A program made the translations under genes and the position numbers. A DNA stretch of 63,911 nt, counting the filler, from Bacteroidales bacterium (GTDB lineage: Bacteria; Bacteroidota; Bacteroidia; Bacteroidales; CAIWKO01), in assembly GCA_035389045.1 (NCBI GenBank). It is 4 parts of 4 records of this genome, joined end to end, with 100 filler letters (N's around TTAATTAATTAA, not from the genome) between each part and the next. Parts side by side here need not be neighbours in the genome. Positions count along the whole stretch, not along the records: positions 50,327 to 63,911 come from DAOORA010000093.1; 3 more parts are not named here. One strand, 5' to 3'. Under the pieces are notes generated by a model that did no database searches, was not told the origin of the DNA, and was given only the letters and a program-made list of their open reading frames with translations. Positions 51,706-61,572 of the stretch are shown here, in pieces; positions within the stretch are counted from its first letter, which is position 1; every line of letters begins with the position of its first letter.

Positions 51706-53010
51706 ATGAATACATTTGAGATCATCGGAGGAAAAACGCTGTGCGGGGAAATAGTTCCGCAAGGAGCAAAAAATGAAGCGCTACAGGTGATCAGCGCTGT
51801 GATGCTGACCCCTGAAAAAGTTACCATCAGCAATATTCCGGATATTGTAGATGTAAATAAACTTATCAATCTGCTGGCTGATCTGGGTGTCGAAGTGAAT
51901 AAAATTGATGGCAGTACCTATTCATTCCAAGCAGATAATATTAATCTTGATTATATATCATCGGAAAAGTTTATGAAGCAATCGGCCGCGCTGAGAGGCT
52001 CGGTAATGCTTATTGGTCCTTTGCTTACCCGCTTTGGCAGTGCTTATATGCCTAAGCCGGGCGGTGATAAGATCGGACGCAGGAGGGTGGATACCCATAT
52101 CATCGGGTTTCAGAACCTGGGAGCTAAGTTTGAATATAGCTATAAAAACAACATATTTAAAATTTATGCCGACCGCCTGAAGGGTTGTTATATGCTGCTT
52201 GATGAGGCCTCCGTAACCGGAACGGCCAACATCATTATGGCTGCCGTGCTGGCCGAAGGGACCACCACCATTTTTAATGCGGCCTGCGAGCCGTATATTG
52301 TTCAGTTATGCACTATGCTGAATACTATGGGCGCCAGGATCAGCGGTGTAAAGTCCAATTACCTTACTATTGAAGGCGTATCTCAGCTTCATGGCTGTGA
52401 GCACCGCCTGCTGCCTGATATGATTGAAATCGGGAGTTTTATCGGCCTTGCCGCTATGACACGGTCGGAGATCACCATTAAAAATGCCGGTTACGATCAT
52501 CTGGGCATGATCCCTGATGTATTTAAGCGCCTGGGAATAAAACTTGAGCGCCGGAATGATGATATCTACATCCCTGCGATGGATACTTACCAGATAGAAA
52601 GTTATCTGGATGGCTCCATACTTACCATTTCCGATGCTCCCTGGCCAGGGTTCACGCCCGACCTGATCAGTGTAGCGCTGGTCGTTGCCACCCAGGCCGC
52701 AGGCAGCGTGCTGATACACCAGAAGATGTTTGAGAGCCGTTTGTTTTTTGTGGATAAACTGATCGACATGGGCGCCAAGATCATACTATGCGACCCGCAC
52801 CGGGCTACCGTAATCGGCCTGAACCGCGAGCATCCGCTGCGCGGCATATCCATGTCCTCTCCCGATATCCGGGCCGGGGTGGCGCTGCTTATTGCGGCAC
52901 TCTCTGCCGAAGGGAAAAGCACCATTTACAACATCGAACAGATCGACCGCGGCTATGAACATATTGATGAAAGACTTCGTAAACTGGGCGCTGAAATTAC
53001 CAGAAAATAA
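51706..53010 (+). CDS. murA: UDP-N-acetylglucosamine 1-carboxyvinyltransferase
   Basis: GAKN, LRGS, PGGDKIGRR, SVTGT, PWPGFTPD, DIRAG and IDRGYE. Confidence 0.96.
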   Translation: MNTFEIIGGKTLCGEIVPQGAKNEALQVISAVMLTPEKVTISNIPDIVDVNKLINLLADLGVEVNKIDGSTYSFQADNINLDYISSEKFMKQSAALRGSVMLIGPLLTRFGSAYMPKPGGDKIGRRRVDTHIIGFQNLGAKFEYSYKNNIFKIYADRLKGCYMLLDEASVTGTANIIMAAVLAEGTTTIFNAACEPYIVQLCTMLNTMGARISGVKSNYLTIEGVSQLHGCEHRLLPDMIEIGSFIGLAAMTRSEITIKNAGYDHLGMIPDVFKRLGIKLERRNDDIYIPAMDTYQIESYLDGSILTISDAPWPGFTPDLISVALVVATQAAGSVLIHQKMFESRLFFVDKLIDMGAKIILCDPHRATVIGLNREHPLRGISMSSPDIRAGVALLIAALSAEGKSTIYNIEQIDRGYEHIDERLRKLGAEITRK

Positions 53011-53017
53011 GGTTTTT

Positions 53018-53602
53018 TTATTTCTTTACTTCACTGATACTCTGAATTACGTTGAAAATTTGCCATGTGGCTGCAGGTTCATACCAGTGTCTTTCTGTCC
53101 GGTAGGTAATGTTGAAATATTTTCCGATGACGGCGGGGTCAATGGTTTCAAAATAGGTTTCCTGGTTCACTATCCTTTTGAAATCACAAGGCGGGCATAA
53201 AGCAAAAAATATTTTATCGCCATTGTCAGGTTTCATAGAATATCCGCCTCCGTCTTCACCAAAAAAAGCCTCCAGCATTTTTGCTTTGGCCGACTTAAGT
53301 TCACCGTTCAACGGTAGCGCCATGGAGGTAAAAGCGCCATAAACCCATCCATTCTTGTTTTTGATAGCTATCTGATACCAGTAATCATTGAATTCCCCGA
53401 TCTTTTCTTTGCTGCCTTTGGAAATAATAGTTCCTGTTTCAAAAGAATTCACCTTGAACAGCACCTCGCCTTTAGAACTTGCCTGAGAGCGGATCCTGAC
53501 ATCATTTCCCATGATGGACAAGGTGTTTTCTGACTGGGAAAATAACGGTTTGACAGATAGCAAAACCGCCAGTATCATGAAAAAACAAAATTTCTGATTC
53601 AT
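53018..53602 (-). CDS. Exported SH3b-domain protein
   Basis: Signal peptide, DVRIRSQAS and WYQI...GWVYGAF. Confidence 0.75.
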   Translation of the reverse strand: MNQKFCFFMILAVLLSVKPLFSQSENTLSIMGNDVRIRSQASSKGEVLFKVNSFETGTIISKGSKEKIGEFNDYWYQIAIKNKNGWVYGAFTSMALPLNGELKSAKAKMLEAFFGEDGGGYSMKPDNGDKIFFALCPPCDFKRIVNQETYFETIDPAVIGKYFNITYRTERHWYEPAATWQIFNVIQSISEVKK

Positions 53603-53686
53603 ATGGTTTTTTTGTAAATCGCTTGATTGATTCATACAAATATAAACTTTTCTAAGGATCAAAAGTGAATATTTCTGTTAAATAAA

Positions 53687-53718
53687 TTTGTTTTATGAAA
53701 AAAAAAACTATATCTTTG
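53687..53718 (+). promoter_or_regulatory. Bacteroidota sigma-A promoter (-33 TTTG, -7 TATCTTTG)
   Basis: TTTG at 53687-53690, 20-bp spacer, TATCTTTG at 53711-53718; upstream of the 53951 gene. Confidence 0.6.
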
Positions 53719-53950
53719 GAAGCATCAAAATATTGCCATTTATTTAATATCATTTCATTACTAACTGCACTTTATGTCAAATTAAAAGAAGAATCTAATT
53801 GAATGTTAAAGTTATGATAATTAATCTATTCGAAGGCAGAAAACGGATTACTGCTACGACAAAACTTTAGTAAAAATAACATTAATACGGTAACACATGT
53901 TGCCAACAATGCAAACAAAAAGAAAATTAACGATTTAATATTGAATTTAT

Positions 53951-55627
53951 ATGAGAATATGGACAACACTAATTCTTAGTATTAGCCTTGTAACTGCTAT
54001 CGCACAAAACGTTTTTTGGGCAAAGAATGCAATCGGCTCCGATCTTGACGAGGGCAACAGCATTGCGGTGGATTCAAGCGGTAACACATACATCACCGGG
54101 CAGTTTGAAAGCACCACGCTGAATTTCGGCCTTGCATCGTGTACTAATTCCACTTCACCCAGCTATACCGATGTTTTTATTGCTAAGTTCGATGTGAATG
54201 GAAACTGTTTGTGGGCAAAAAGCGCCGGTGGTAGTGAAAGCGATTACGGGGCGGCTATTGCGGTTGATAACAGCGGCAACGTGTTTGTGACCGGCCGGTT
54301 TTCGAGCCCGACCATGAACTTTGACGGAACGACCATTACCAATTCCAATATGACAGATATTTTTATAGCCAAATATAATAGCAGCGGAGTCATTCAATGG
54401 GCAAAAGCCATTGGTGGCTACTATGACGAGGAGGGCGTCAGCATTTCATGTGATGACAGTAACAATGTATATCTTTCAGGCTACTTTGACAGCAGTTCGC
54501 TTAATTTCGGCGCACAGTCAGTCACAAATAATGGCAGCGAGGATCTTTTTCTTGCTAAATTCAATGCTACAGGTATCAATCAGTGGGCTGTCGGAATCGG
54601 TGGTAATGACACTGATAAAGCCACTGCAGTAAAGACAGATAATAATGGCAACTCATTTATTACCGGATATTATGGCAGTCCTTCTGTTTCTTTTGGTACA
54701 ACTACCCTTACAAACAGTGGAATTGACGGATGTCTTTTCGTAGCAAAGTACGACAACAGTGGAAACGCTTTATGGGCGACTTCAGGAAGTGCTGTAGGCG
54801 GAGATATAAAGGCAAACGGCATTTCCATAGATGGTAACGGCAATAGTTTCGTGGCTGGAACATTCGATGGGTCTGCGGCTACGATCGGAACATCAACAAT
54901 GACCAATAACCACCCGACTTATGATAATACCTTTACTGCTAAATTTGATAATAACGGCGCTCCGCAATGGGCTGTAAATGCTATCTCAGGGACTGAAGGC
55001 AATGAAGCATACTGCATAGCTGCTGATAATGAAGGCAACTCATTTATCTCGGGATGGTTCACACCACCAACCGTGACTTTTGGAAGTATTGTACTTAATG
55101 GAGGAAGCTTTGGTGACAATATTTTTCTTGTAAAATATAATAATGCAGGTCAGGTGCAGAGTGCACATCGTTTTGCAGGCACAGGCATGTCTGGAGGATA
55201 CGGAAACAGCATAGCATGCGATAACAGCGGCAACGCTTTTCTTACAGGATATTTTGAAGGAACAAGCATGGTTTTTGGCTCTACAACGCTCACTAATACC
55301 ACCTTTAGCACTTACGATGTTTACTGGACAAAAATAGCTCCCGGTTGTACAGGTATAGATAATACTATTCGACCATTTACAGAAATATTTCCTAATCCAT
55401 GCTCCGGACAATTGTTCATTAAAAATCCGTTTACTGCAGGCAGTAAAATTACTCTCATCATCTATAGCATGCAGTCACTGATAGTCAAAACGCTGAATTT
55501 GTCAAGAGAATTTTCAGGTCAGGAGCAGATTTTGGTGGATTTAAGCGGGCTTACTGCTGGAGTTTATTTTCTTAAAATTGAAACAGAAAAGGAGATGATA
55601 ATGGAAAAGTTAATTATTGAAAAGTAA
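53951..55627 (+). CDS. SBBP-repeat beta-propeller protein with T9SS type A CTD
   Basis: Repeats IAVDSSGNTYITG.F...D.FIAK.D..G...WAK; CTD IFPNP...GVYFL...KLII. Confidence 0.9.
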   Translation: MRIWTTLILSISLVTAIAQNVFWAKNAIGSDLDEGNSIAVDSSGNTYITGQFESTTLNFGLASCTNSTSPSYTDVFIAKFDVNGNCLWAKSAGGSESDYGAAIAVDNSGNVFVTGRFSSPTMNFDGTTITNSNMTDIFIAKYNSSGVIQWAKAIGGYYDEEGVSISCDDSNNVYLSGYFDSSSLNFGAQSVTNNGSEDLFLAKFNATGINQWAVGIGGNDTDKATAVKTDNNGNSFITGYYGSPSVSFGTTTLTNSGIDGCLFVAKYDNSGNALWATSGSAVGGDIKANGISIDGNGNSFVAGTFDGSAATIGTSTMTNNHPTYDNTFTAKFDNNGAPQWAVNAISGTEGNEAYCIAADNEGNSFISGWFTPPTVTFGSIVLNGGSFGDNIFLVKYNNAGQVQSAHRFAGTGMSGGYGNSIACDNSGNAFLTGYFEGTSMVFGSTTLTNTTFSTYDVYWTKIAPGCTGIDNTIRPFTEIFPNPCSGQLFIKNPFTAGSKITLIIYSMQSLIVKTLNLSREFSGQEQILVDLSGLTAGVYFLKIETEKEMIMEKLIIEK

Positions 55628-55700
55628 TAAGTGAATATCATAAATTATTAGTAGCAATAATTTGAATTAATGACAAATTATTATATGACAATTGCACTGT

Positions 55701-55830
55701 TGGTAACAAAGGCTTGCTACCAGAGGGGCAGCGGGGTTTTAGGACAGTGCAGTTCTTTTAATTATCTTTGTTGTATTCGGACAGGAAAGGGCTTCGATTA
55801 GCCCCGCCGTTAGCAAGCCTCGACCGATAG
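55701..55830 (+). other. Degenerate attC-like (gene-cassette-type) palindromic element
   Basis: TGGTAAC left core, perfect AGGCTTGCTA/TAGCAAGCCT arms, inner GGGGC/GCCCC; the right core reads GATAG instead of GTTAG. Confidence 0.5.
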
Positions 55831-55950
55831 AAATATTCCATTTTGGTGGATCAGGTTGCAGCGGAAGCGGTGGGCTGCTTTGTACGGAATATCCAGACTA
55901 TGGCCTAAGCAGGTCTATCACAACATGCTTTCTCTGAAATAATAAACAAA

Positions 55951-56478
55951 ATGAGATACAACCCTCAATTTCTAAATGAATACGGAATAATTGCCTATGA
56001 TGAATGGCTGAAAACCCCCGAATTGCGTAAAAATGTGGAATTGGATGTTTTTATTGTTATGCCCAACCATATACACGGCATTATCGTTATCACCGATACT
56101 GTCAAGGGCGTATTGCATACGCCCGGTGATAACGACGTGCCGCTTATGCACGATGATGGTACGGATGTATCGCTAATGCATGATGCTGCTGCGGATGTAT
56201 CGCTAATGCACGATAAAACAAATGTGCCCGATAATATCAGGGACTTATGCAATACGTCCCTGCGGTCGCCATCGCAAACGGTTGGGGCAATTGTTCGTGG
56301 GTATAAATCATCTGTTACGAATAAAATAAATAAATCAAAACATTGTACAGGTTTCATGGTGTGGCATCGTAATTATCACGACCATATTATCCGAAACAAA
56401 CAATCATATAAAAATATTTTCGAATATATCATTAACAATCCGGCAAAAAGGAATGATGATGTATTTTATTTTGAATGA
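55951..56478 (+). pseudogene. RAYT/Y1 transposase with apparent N-terminal internal deletion and in-frame REP insertions
   Basis: MPNHIHGI (HuH), GAIVRGYKSSVT, WHRNYHDHIIR and YIINNP; MRYNPQ runs directly into LNEYG. Confidence 0.75.
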
Positions 56479-56574
56479 AATATTGGGCAACTTTTTCCAT
56501 TGGTGTATCTTAACAGTTTCGTTTTTTTCTTTATTTTTGTATCATATTATTTAGACTGAATAAAAATTCATATC

Positions 56575-58017
56575 ATGGAAAATAATGATGTACTGGATGA
56601 CCTGACACATAGTGAATACAAATATGGTTTTTATACGGATGTGGAGATGGATGTGGCTCCCAAGGGGCTGAATGAAGATATTATCCGGTTTATTTCGAAA
56701 AAGAAAAATGAGCCCGTATTTATGCTTGAGTTCAGACTGAAAGCCTATAATAAATGGCTAACGATGAAACAGCCGAACTGGGCACATCTGAAAATTCCCC
56801 CTATTGATTATCAGGATATCATTTATTATGCGGCTCCGAAAAACACTAAAAAGCCAGGCAGCCTTGACGAGGTGGACCCTGAATTATTAAAGACATTTGA
56901 TAAATTAGGCATACCGCTCAATGAGCAGAAGATCCTTTCCGGTGTGGCTGTGGATGCTGTCATTGACAGTGTCTCTGTGAAAACCACTTTTCAGAAGACG
57001 CTCGAAGAGAAAGGCATTATATTTTGTTCGATCACCGAAGCTATACAAAATCATCCGGAACTGGTAAAAAAACACCTCGGTTCTGTGGTGCCATACGGGG
57101 ATAATTATTTTGCAGCGCTCAATTCGGCGGTATTTACCGATGGATCCTTCTGTTACATTCCAAAGGGCATACGCTGCCCTATTGAGCTCTCCACGTATTT
57201 TCGTATTAATGCCGCCAAGACCGGGCAGTTTGAACGCACCCTGCTCATTGCTGATGAAGGCGCTTACGTCAGTTATATGGAAGGTTGCACAGCGCCGCAA
57301 CGCGATGAAAACCAGTTACATGCAGCGGTTGTGGAAATCATTGCCATGGAAGATGCCGAGGTAAAATACTCCACCGTACAAAACTGGTATCCCGGTGACA
57401 AAAACGGCGCCGGAGGGATTTTTAATTTTGTTACCAAGAGAGGGATATGTAAAGGCAACAATTCGAAAATCTCCTGGACACAGGTCGAAACAGGGTCTGC
57501 CATCACCTGGAAATATCCAAGTTGTATACTGAAAGGCGACAACTCCGTCGGTGAGTTTTATTCTGTTGCCGTCACCAACAATTATCAGCAGGCCGATACC
57601 GGTAGTAAAATGATACATCTGGGCAGGAACAGTAAAAGCACCATCATCTCAAAAGGTATATCGGCGGGAAAAAGCGATAACAGTTACCGGGGCCTGGTGC
57701 GGGTAAACAAAGGCGCAGTAAATGCCAGAAATTTCTCTCAGTGCGATTCGCTGCTGATGGGCAACCAATGCGGGGCACATACGTATCCGTACATCAAAGT
57801 CGAAAATAAATCAGCAATTATTGAACACGAAGCCACCACTTCAAAGATCTCGGATGAGCAGCTGTTTTATTGCAAACAACGCGGCATAGATCAGGAAAGC
57901 GCCATCAACCTTATTGTAAACGGCTACGCCAAGGAAGTGCTCAATAAACTACCCATGGAATTTGCTGTGGAAGCGCAGAAACTGCTTTCTATAAGCCTTG
58001 AAGGCAGCGTTGGATAA
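56575..58017 (+). CDS. sufB: Fe-S cluster assembly protein SufB
   Basis: [40 protein letters not shown] and EHEATTSKI. Confidence 0.97.
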   Translation: MENNDVLDDLTHSEYKYGFYTDVEMDVAPKGLNEDIIRFISKKKNEPVFMLEFRLKAYNKWLTMKQPNWAHLKIPPIDYQDIIYYAAPKNTKKPGSLDEVDPELLKTFDKLGIPLNEQKILSGVAVDAVIDSVSVKTTFQKTLEEKGIIFCSITEAIQNHPELVKKHLGSVVPYGDNYFAALNSAVFTDGSFCYIPKGIRCPIELSTYFRINAAKTGQFERTLLIADEGAYVSYMEGCTAPQRDENQLHAAVVEIIAMEDAEVKYSTVQNWYPGDKNGAGGIFNFVTKRGICKGNNSKISWTQVETGSAITWKYPSCILKGDNSVGEFYSVAVTNNYQQADTGSKMIHLGRNSKSTIISKGISAGKSDNSYRGLVRVNKGAVNARNFSQCDSLLMGNQCGAHTYPYIKVENKSAIIEHEATTSKISDEQLFYCKQRGIDQESAINLIVNGYAKEVLNKLPMEFAVEAQKLLSISLEGSVG

Positions 58018-58027
58018 TTTTTTGTTG

Positions 58028-58420
58028 TTAAAAATAATTATTGAAGTTATTGAAAATACTGATAAGGTGTATCACTGCATAAATACATCCTGTAACAATA
58101 AGTATTATCCGCCACACCTTGTTTTTTACAATGAAAGCCAGCAATAAAGGTATTGCTGCATACATCAGGTTAGAAAATATTTCTAAATATCTGAAGGTGC
58201 TGAAGTAATCATATCTTGATTTATAGGCCAACCAATAAAACCTGAATCCAAACCAGAATAATCCGTTTATGGCCATGAATATGGAAATGATTATAATTAC
58301 CGTATCAGCATACAGGTTTTTTCCTTGAATCTCAGGCACATCCTTTTCCAGCTTATAACCGCATTTGATGCAAAATTCAGCATGACTGACGTTTTCGGAC
58401 TGACAATTTTTACAGATCAT
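58028..58420 (-). CDS. Zinc-ribbon-domain membrane protein
   Basis: CKNC..N....FC.KCG followed by three TM segments. Confidence 0.75.
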   Translation of the reverse strand: MICKNCQSENVSHAEFCIKCGYKLEKDVPEIQGKNLYADTVIIIISIFMAINGLFWFGFRFYWLAYKSRYDYFSTFRYLEIFSNLMYAAIPLLLAFIVKNKVWRIILIVTGCIYAVIHLISIFNNFNNYF

Positions 58421-58480
58421 ATATCAGATATTAATGATGAATTGGTAAAGCTACTATGAAAACAGGAATCAGTCAGGATA

Positions 58481-59377
58481 TCATAGCGTTTTTTTTCTTT
58501 GAAACGGGATTTTATTTATGATCAATCCGGCAAGAGTTACAAATATCCCCGCAATTTTCACAGCAGTGAAGTATTCTTTATAGATAATATAGGATAGTAT
58601 GGCCGTAAAAATGGGTATCAGGTAAGTAAAGACGGTGGCTTTGGAAACGCCTATACTTTTTGTTCCGGCATTAAACAGTATATATGCCAGAGAAGATGCA
58701 AAAATGGCAAGGGCAAGAAGGTTAAAGATCAAATCTGCGTTGAAATCAAAGCCTATCAGGTCGTTGTAATCAAATATGAGCACCAGCGGGAGGAAATAAA
58801 AGATCCCGGTGAAATTGGCTACGGTCGTAATGGTATAGGGGGTATATTTTTTCAACATATTTTGCAGAAGATAACCGTACACCAGCACACTGCTTACTGC
58901 CAGGCCCATATACATTAATCCGAGCGGCGATGCGGCTAAGGTCAGATCTTTGTTAAGAACGACCATCAGCACGCCGGCAAATGAAATAAAAATACCGAGA
59001 TAATTGTTTGATCTCAATGGTTCTTTGGCCAGAAAATACATCGAAAACGGCACAAACAAAGGTATCGTTGAAATTACAATGGCTGCTACCGTTGGCGAAA
59101 CGAGGCTGATGCCATAACTTTCGCCCAGAAAATACAAAAAGGGCTGGAAAAATGCCAGCAGCAGAAATTTGGGAATATCCTGTTTTTGTATCTTTTCCAG
59201 TTTTTTATAAAAGAGTGAAAACACGACAAGAAAAACTGTCGAAATGATCAGCCTCAGAAAAATGGTCGTGAGCGGATTAAGGTACTTATAAACCTCCTTG
59301 ATCCAGATGTATGAAAAACTCCAGAACACCATGGAGATCATCAAAGCACCATATGTAAGAGCAGTATTCTTCTTCAT
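58481..59377 (-). CDS. DMT/EamA family transporter
   Basis: FWSFSY...K, FLRL and ten TM helices in two repeats. Confidence 0.9.
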   Translation of the reverse strand: MKKNTALTYGALMISMVFWSFSYIWIKEVYKYLNPLTTIFLRLIISTVFLVVFSLFYKKLEKIQKQDIPKFLLLAFFQPFLYFLGESYGISLVSPTVAAIVISTIPLFVPFSMYFLAKEPLRSNNYLGIFISFAGVLMVVLNKDLTLAASPLGLMYMGLAVSSVLVYGYLLQNMLKKYTPYTITTVANFTGIFYFLPLVLIFDYNDLIGFDFNADLIFNLLALAIFASSLAYILFNAGTKSIGVSKATVFTYLIPIFTAILSYIIYKEYFTAVKIAGIFVTLAGLIINKIPFQRKKTL

Positions 59378-59478
59378 AAATAGTCGTGCAAAAGTATGGT
59401 TTTTATCCAAACGGCTATTTTCTTGTGTATAGGAAAAATCAATAAAAGAAATTGTTTTATTTTTACAGAAAAAATTGT

Positions 59479-60591
59479 ATGCCGCAGCCAGCCCGTAAGC
59501 AAAAACTTCCGCCTTTGTTTGTAATAAAAGCCACCATTGCCTTTCGTAATTTTCTTTTGAAAATGACAGGGAAAATGTTGCCTGCCAGTTATGTGATGCT
59601 CGAAGAAGTCTCTAAATTATGGAAAGTTAAAGCGTTGGAAATTGCTGCGAATCTTGATATTGCCGGTCTTTTAAAGGACGGCCCTCAGAACGTTGAAAAA
59701 CTGGCCGGACTTACTTCATCCGATACTTCGGCTTTATACCGGGTACTGCGGGCTTTAGCTGGTGAAGGCATTTTCAGGGAATTGCCGGGAAGAGTTTTTA
59801 AAAATACACGTTTGTCTTTGGCCATTTCCGATCAAAAAGAATCAGTACGATACTTTGCAATGCATCATATTGGCAAAACCAACTGGGAACTAACAGGCGA
59901 TATGCCTTATTGCGTGGCAGGCGGAAAAGATGCTTTCAGCCGTAAATTTAACTCCAGCCCTTTTGAGTACCTTAAAAACCACCCCGGAGAAAACGATGTT
60001 TTCAATAAAGCCATGACTGAAACCGCTGCATTGTCCGGGGATATTCTGGTCAGCTCGTATCCGTTCGGAAAATTCAAAACCATAGTGGATGTAGGAGGCG
60101 GACAAGGTTTGTTTCTGGCTCAGATTCTGACGGAGCATCCCGGTTCGGAAGGAATCCTTGTCGATCAGCCCCATGTGGCCGCCACTGCGATGCAAAATTT
60201 CATTAGTCAAAACGTGGATGGTCGCTGTAAAATCATCGAAGGAAGCTTTTTTGAAACCATTCACGGCAGCGGCGACCTGTATATCATGAAAAACATTCTT
60301 CACGACTGGGATGATGAAACAGCGGTGCTGATTCTTAAAAATCTGCATAAAAATATGCCGGCTCATGCAAGTTTACTTCTGATCGAAACCATTATTAAAG
60401 CGGATAATAAACCTTCCTTCGGTAAATTTATTGATCTGCAGATGCTCATTGGAACACAGGGCGGGAGGGAAAGGACTTTGGATGAGTACAGCATATTGCT
60501 GAACAAATCGGGTTTCGTGTTAAGCAGGATTATTGAAAATGCAACTCCGTTCAGTTTTATCGAAGCATCAAAATCATTGAATCTTCATTAA
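59479..60591 (+). CDS. SAM-dependent O-methyltransferase (COMT-like family 2, with dimerisation domain)
   Basis: LYRVLRAL...GIF, FNKAM, VDVGGGQG, ILHDWDD and GRERT. Confidence 0.9.
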   Translation: MPQPARKQKLPPLFVIKATIAFRNFLLKMTGKMLPASYVMLEEVSKLWKVKALEIAANLDIAGLLKDGPQNVEKLAGLTSSDTSALYRVLRALAGEGIFRELPGRVFKNTRLSLAISDQKESVRYFAMHHIGKTNWELTGDMPYCVAGGKDAFSRKFNSSPFEYLKNHPGENDVFNKAMTETAALSGDILVSSYPFGKFKTIVDVGGGQGLFLAQILTEHPGSEGILVDQPHVAATAMQNFISQNVDGRCKIIEGSFFETIHGSGDLYIMKNILHDWDDETAVLILKNLHKNMPAHASLLLIETIIKADNKPSFGKFIDLQMLIGTQGGRERTLDEYSILLNKSGFVLSRIIENATPFSFIEASKSLNLH

Positions 60592-60771
60592 AAATTATTT
60601 TCTGATTATGACTGACAATGTTTTGTGACTTAATAATTTGTTCTAAATTTGTATTGTTGTAACCGGATAATAATTCATATCTTTATTTTTTTATAGAAAA
60701 TAAATTTCAGTACTTAGCAGTTTTCAATGTTGTTAATAAGATATCAATATAAAACATAAAATTAAATTCTT

Positions 60772-61230
60772 ATGAAATTAAAATTTTTGAAATGTTTGTT
60801 TTCGCTTATTGCTGCTTTATTGGGTTTTACTGGTAGTGTTGCAGCCCAATATGGGGTAGTGGAAAATCATTATATGGTAAACGGGAGTGTAATGTCCGAT
60901 AAATGTAAGGAGGCGCTGCCCCAGATCAAAATAACACTCAGGGCTATTGATTCCAAAGGCGTAAAACACGATATGGAAGCCCGTACCGATGAAAGCGGAA
61001 ATTTCAGTATTAATGATGTGGAACTCAAACGCTTTCAATACTATGAGCTGATCGCAGAAGATACTGACGGTAAGCTGAATAAGGGTGACTTTGAAACGAC
61101 ACGTCAGCAGATAGAGTTGACCTCAGATGATTTTATCAAGGGTTCTTATCAGAACTGGAACCAGAATTATGATAGTAAAACCCAATATTATTTTGGCCTG
61201 AAGTTTAAGCAAGACCAACCCTGTAGGTAG
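60772..61230 (+). CDS. Exported radical-SAM-associated protein (TIGR04134-like) without a lipobox; QYG motif
   Basis: Signal peptide ending SVAA, then QYGV; G.V, I.I, TD..GN and ED.DG..N.G.F shared with the two downstream paralogs. Confidence 0.7.
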   Translation: MKLKFLKCLFSLIAALLGFTGSVAAQYGVVENHYMVNGSVMSDKCKEALPQIKITLRAIDSKGVKHDMEARTDESGNFSINDVELKRFQYYELIAEDTDGKLNKGDFETTRQQIELTSDDFIKGSYQNWNQNYDSKTQYYFGLKFKQDQPCR

Positions 61231-61247
61231 CGCCTGTAAGGGAACCC

Positions 61248-61448
61248 AGTGTCTGAACCGAATAGTTCAGTTTCGAGGCCTGTCCGACTGTGCCATTCAG
61301 GCAGGCCTGTCTGACTGGCTCAGCCAGGCAGGCTTGCGAAGCGACAAAAAGCGGAGTTTGCTGGGGTAAATGCGTCGTGCTGAGTTTATCGAAGCAAGCA
61401 TTTTTGGAGCAAGTCTAATGAAGAAAATGGAGTTTTCGTTCAGACACT
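61248..61448. mobile_element. 201-bp MITE with 11-bp terminal inverted repeats and nested mini-palindromes
   Basis: AGTGTCTGAAC (61248-61258) / GTTCAGACACT (61438-61448). Confidence 0.72.
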
Positions 61449-61572
61449 TAGTAAATTTTCAGGTACGATTTTTGATACTAATAATCTTTTTAATTTACAA
61501 TGTTATTCGGTGATATTTATGTTCTTAAACTAATGAATTAGTTCAAAAACAGTTTCTTAATACTCTGGCGAT

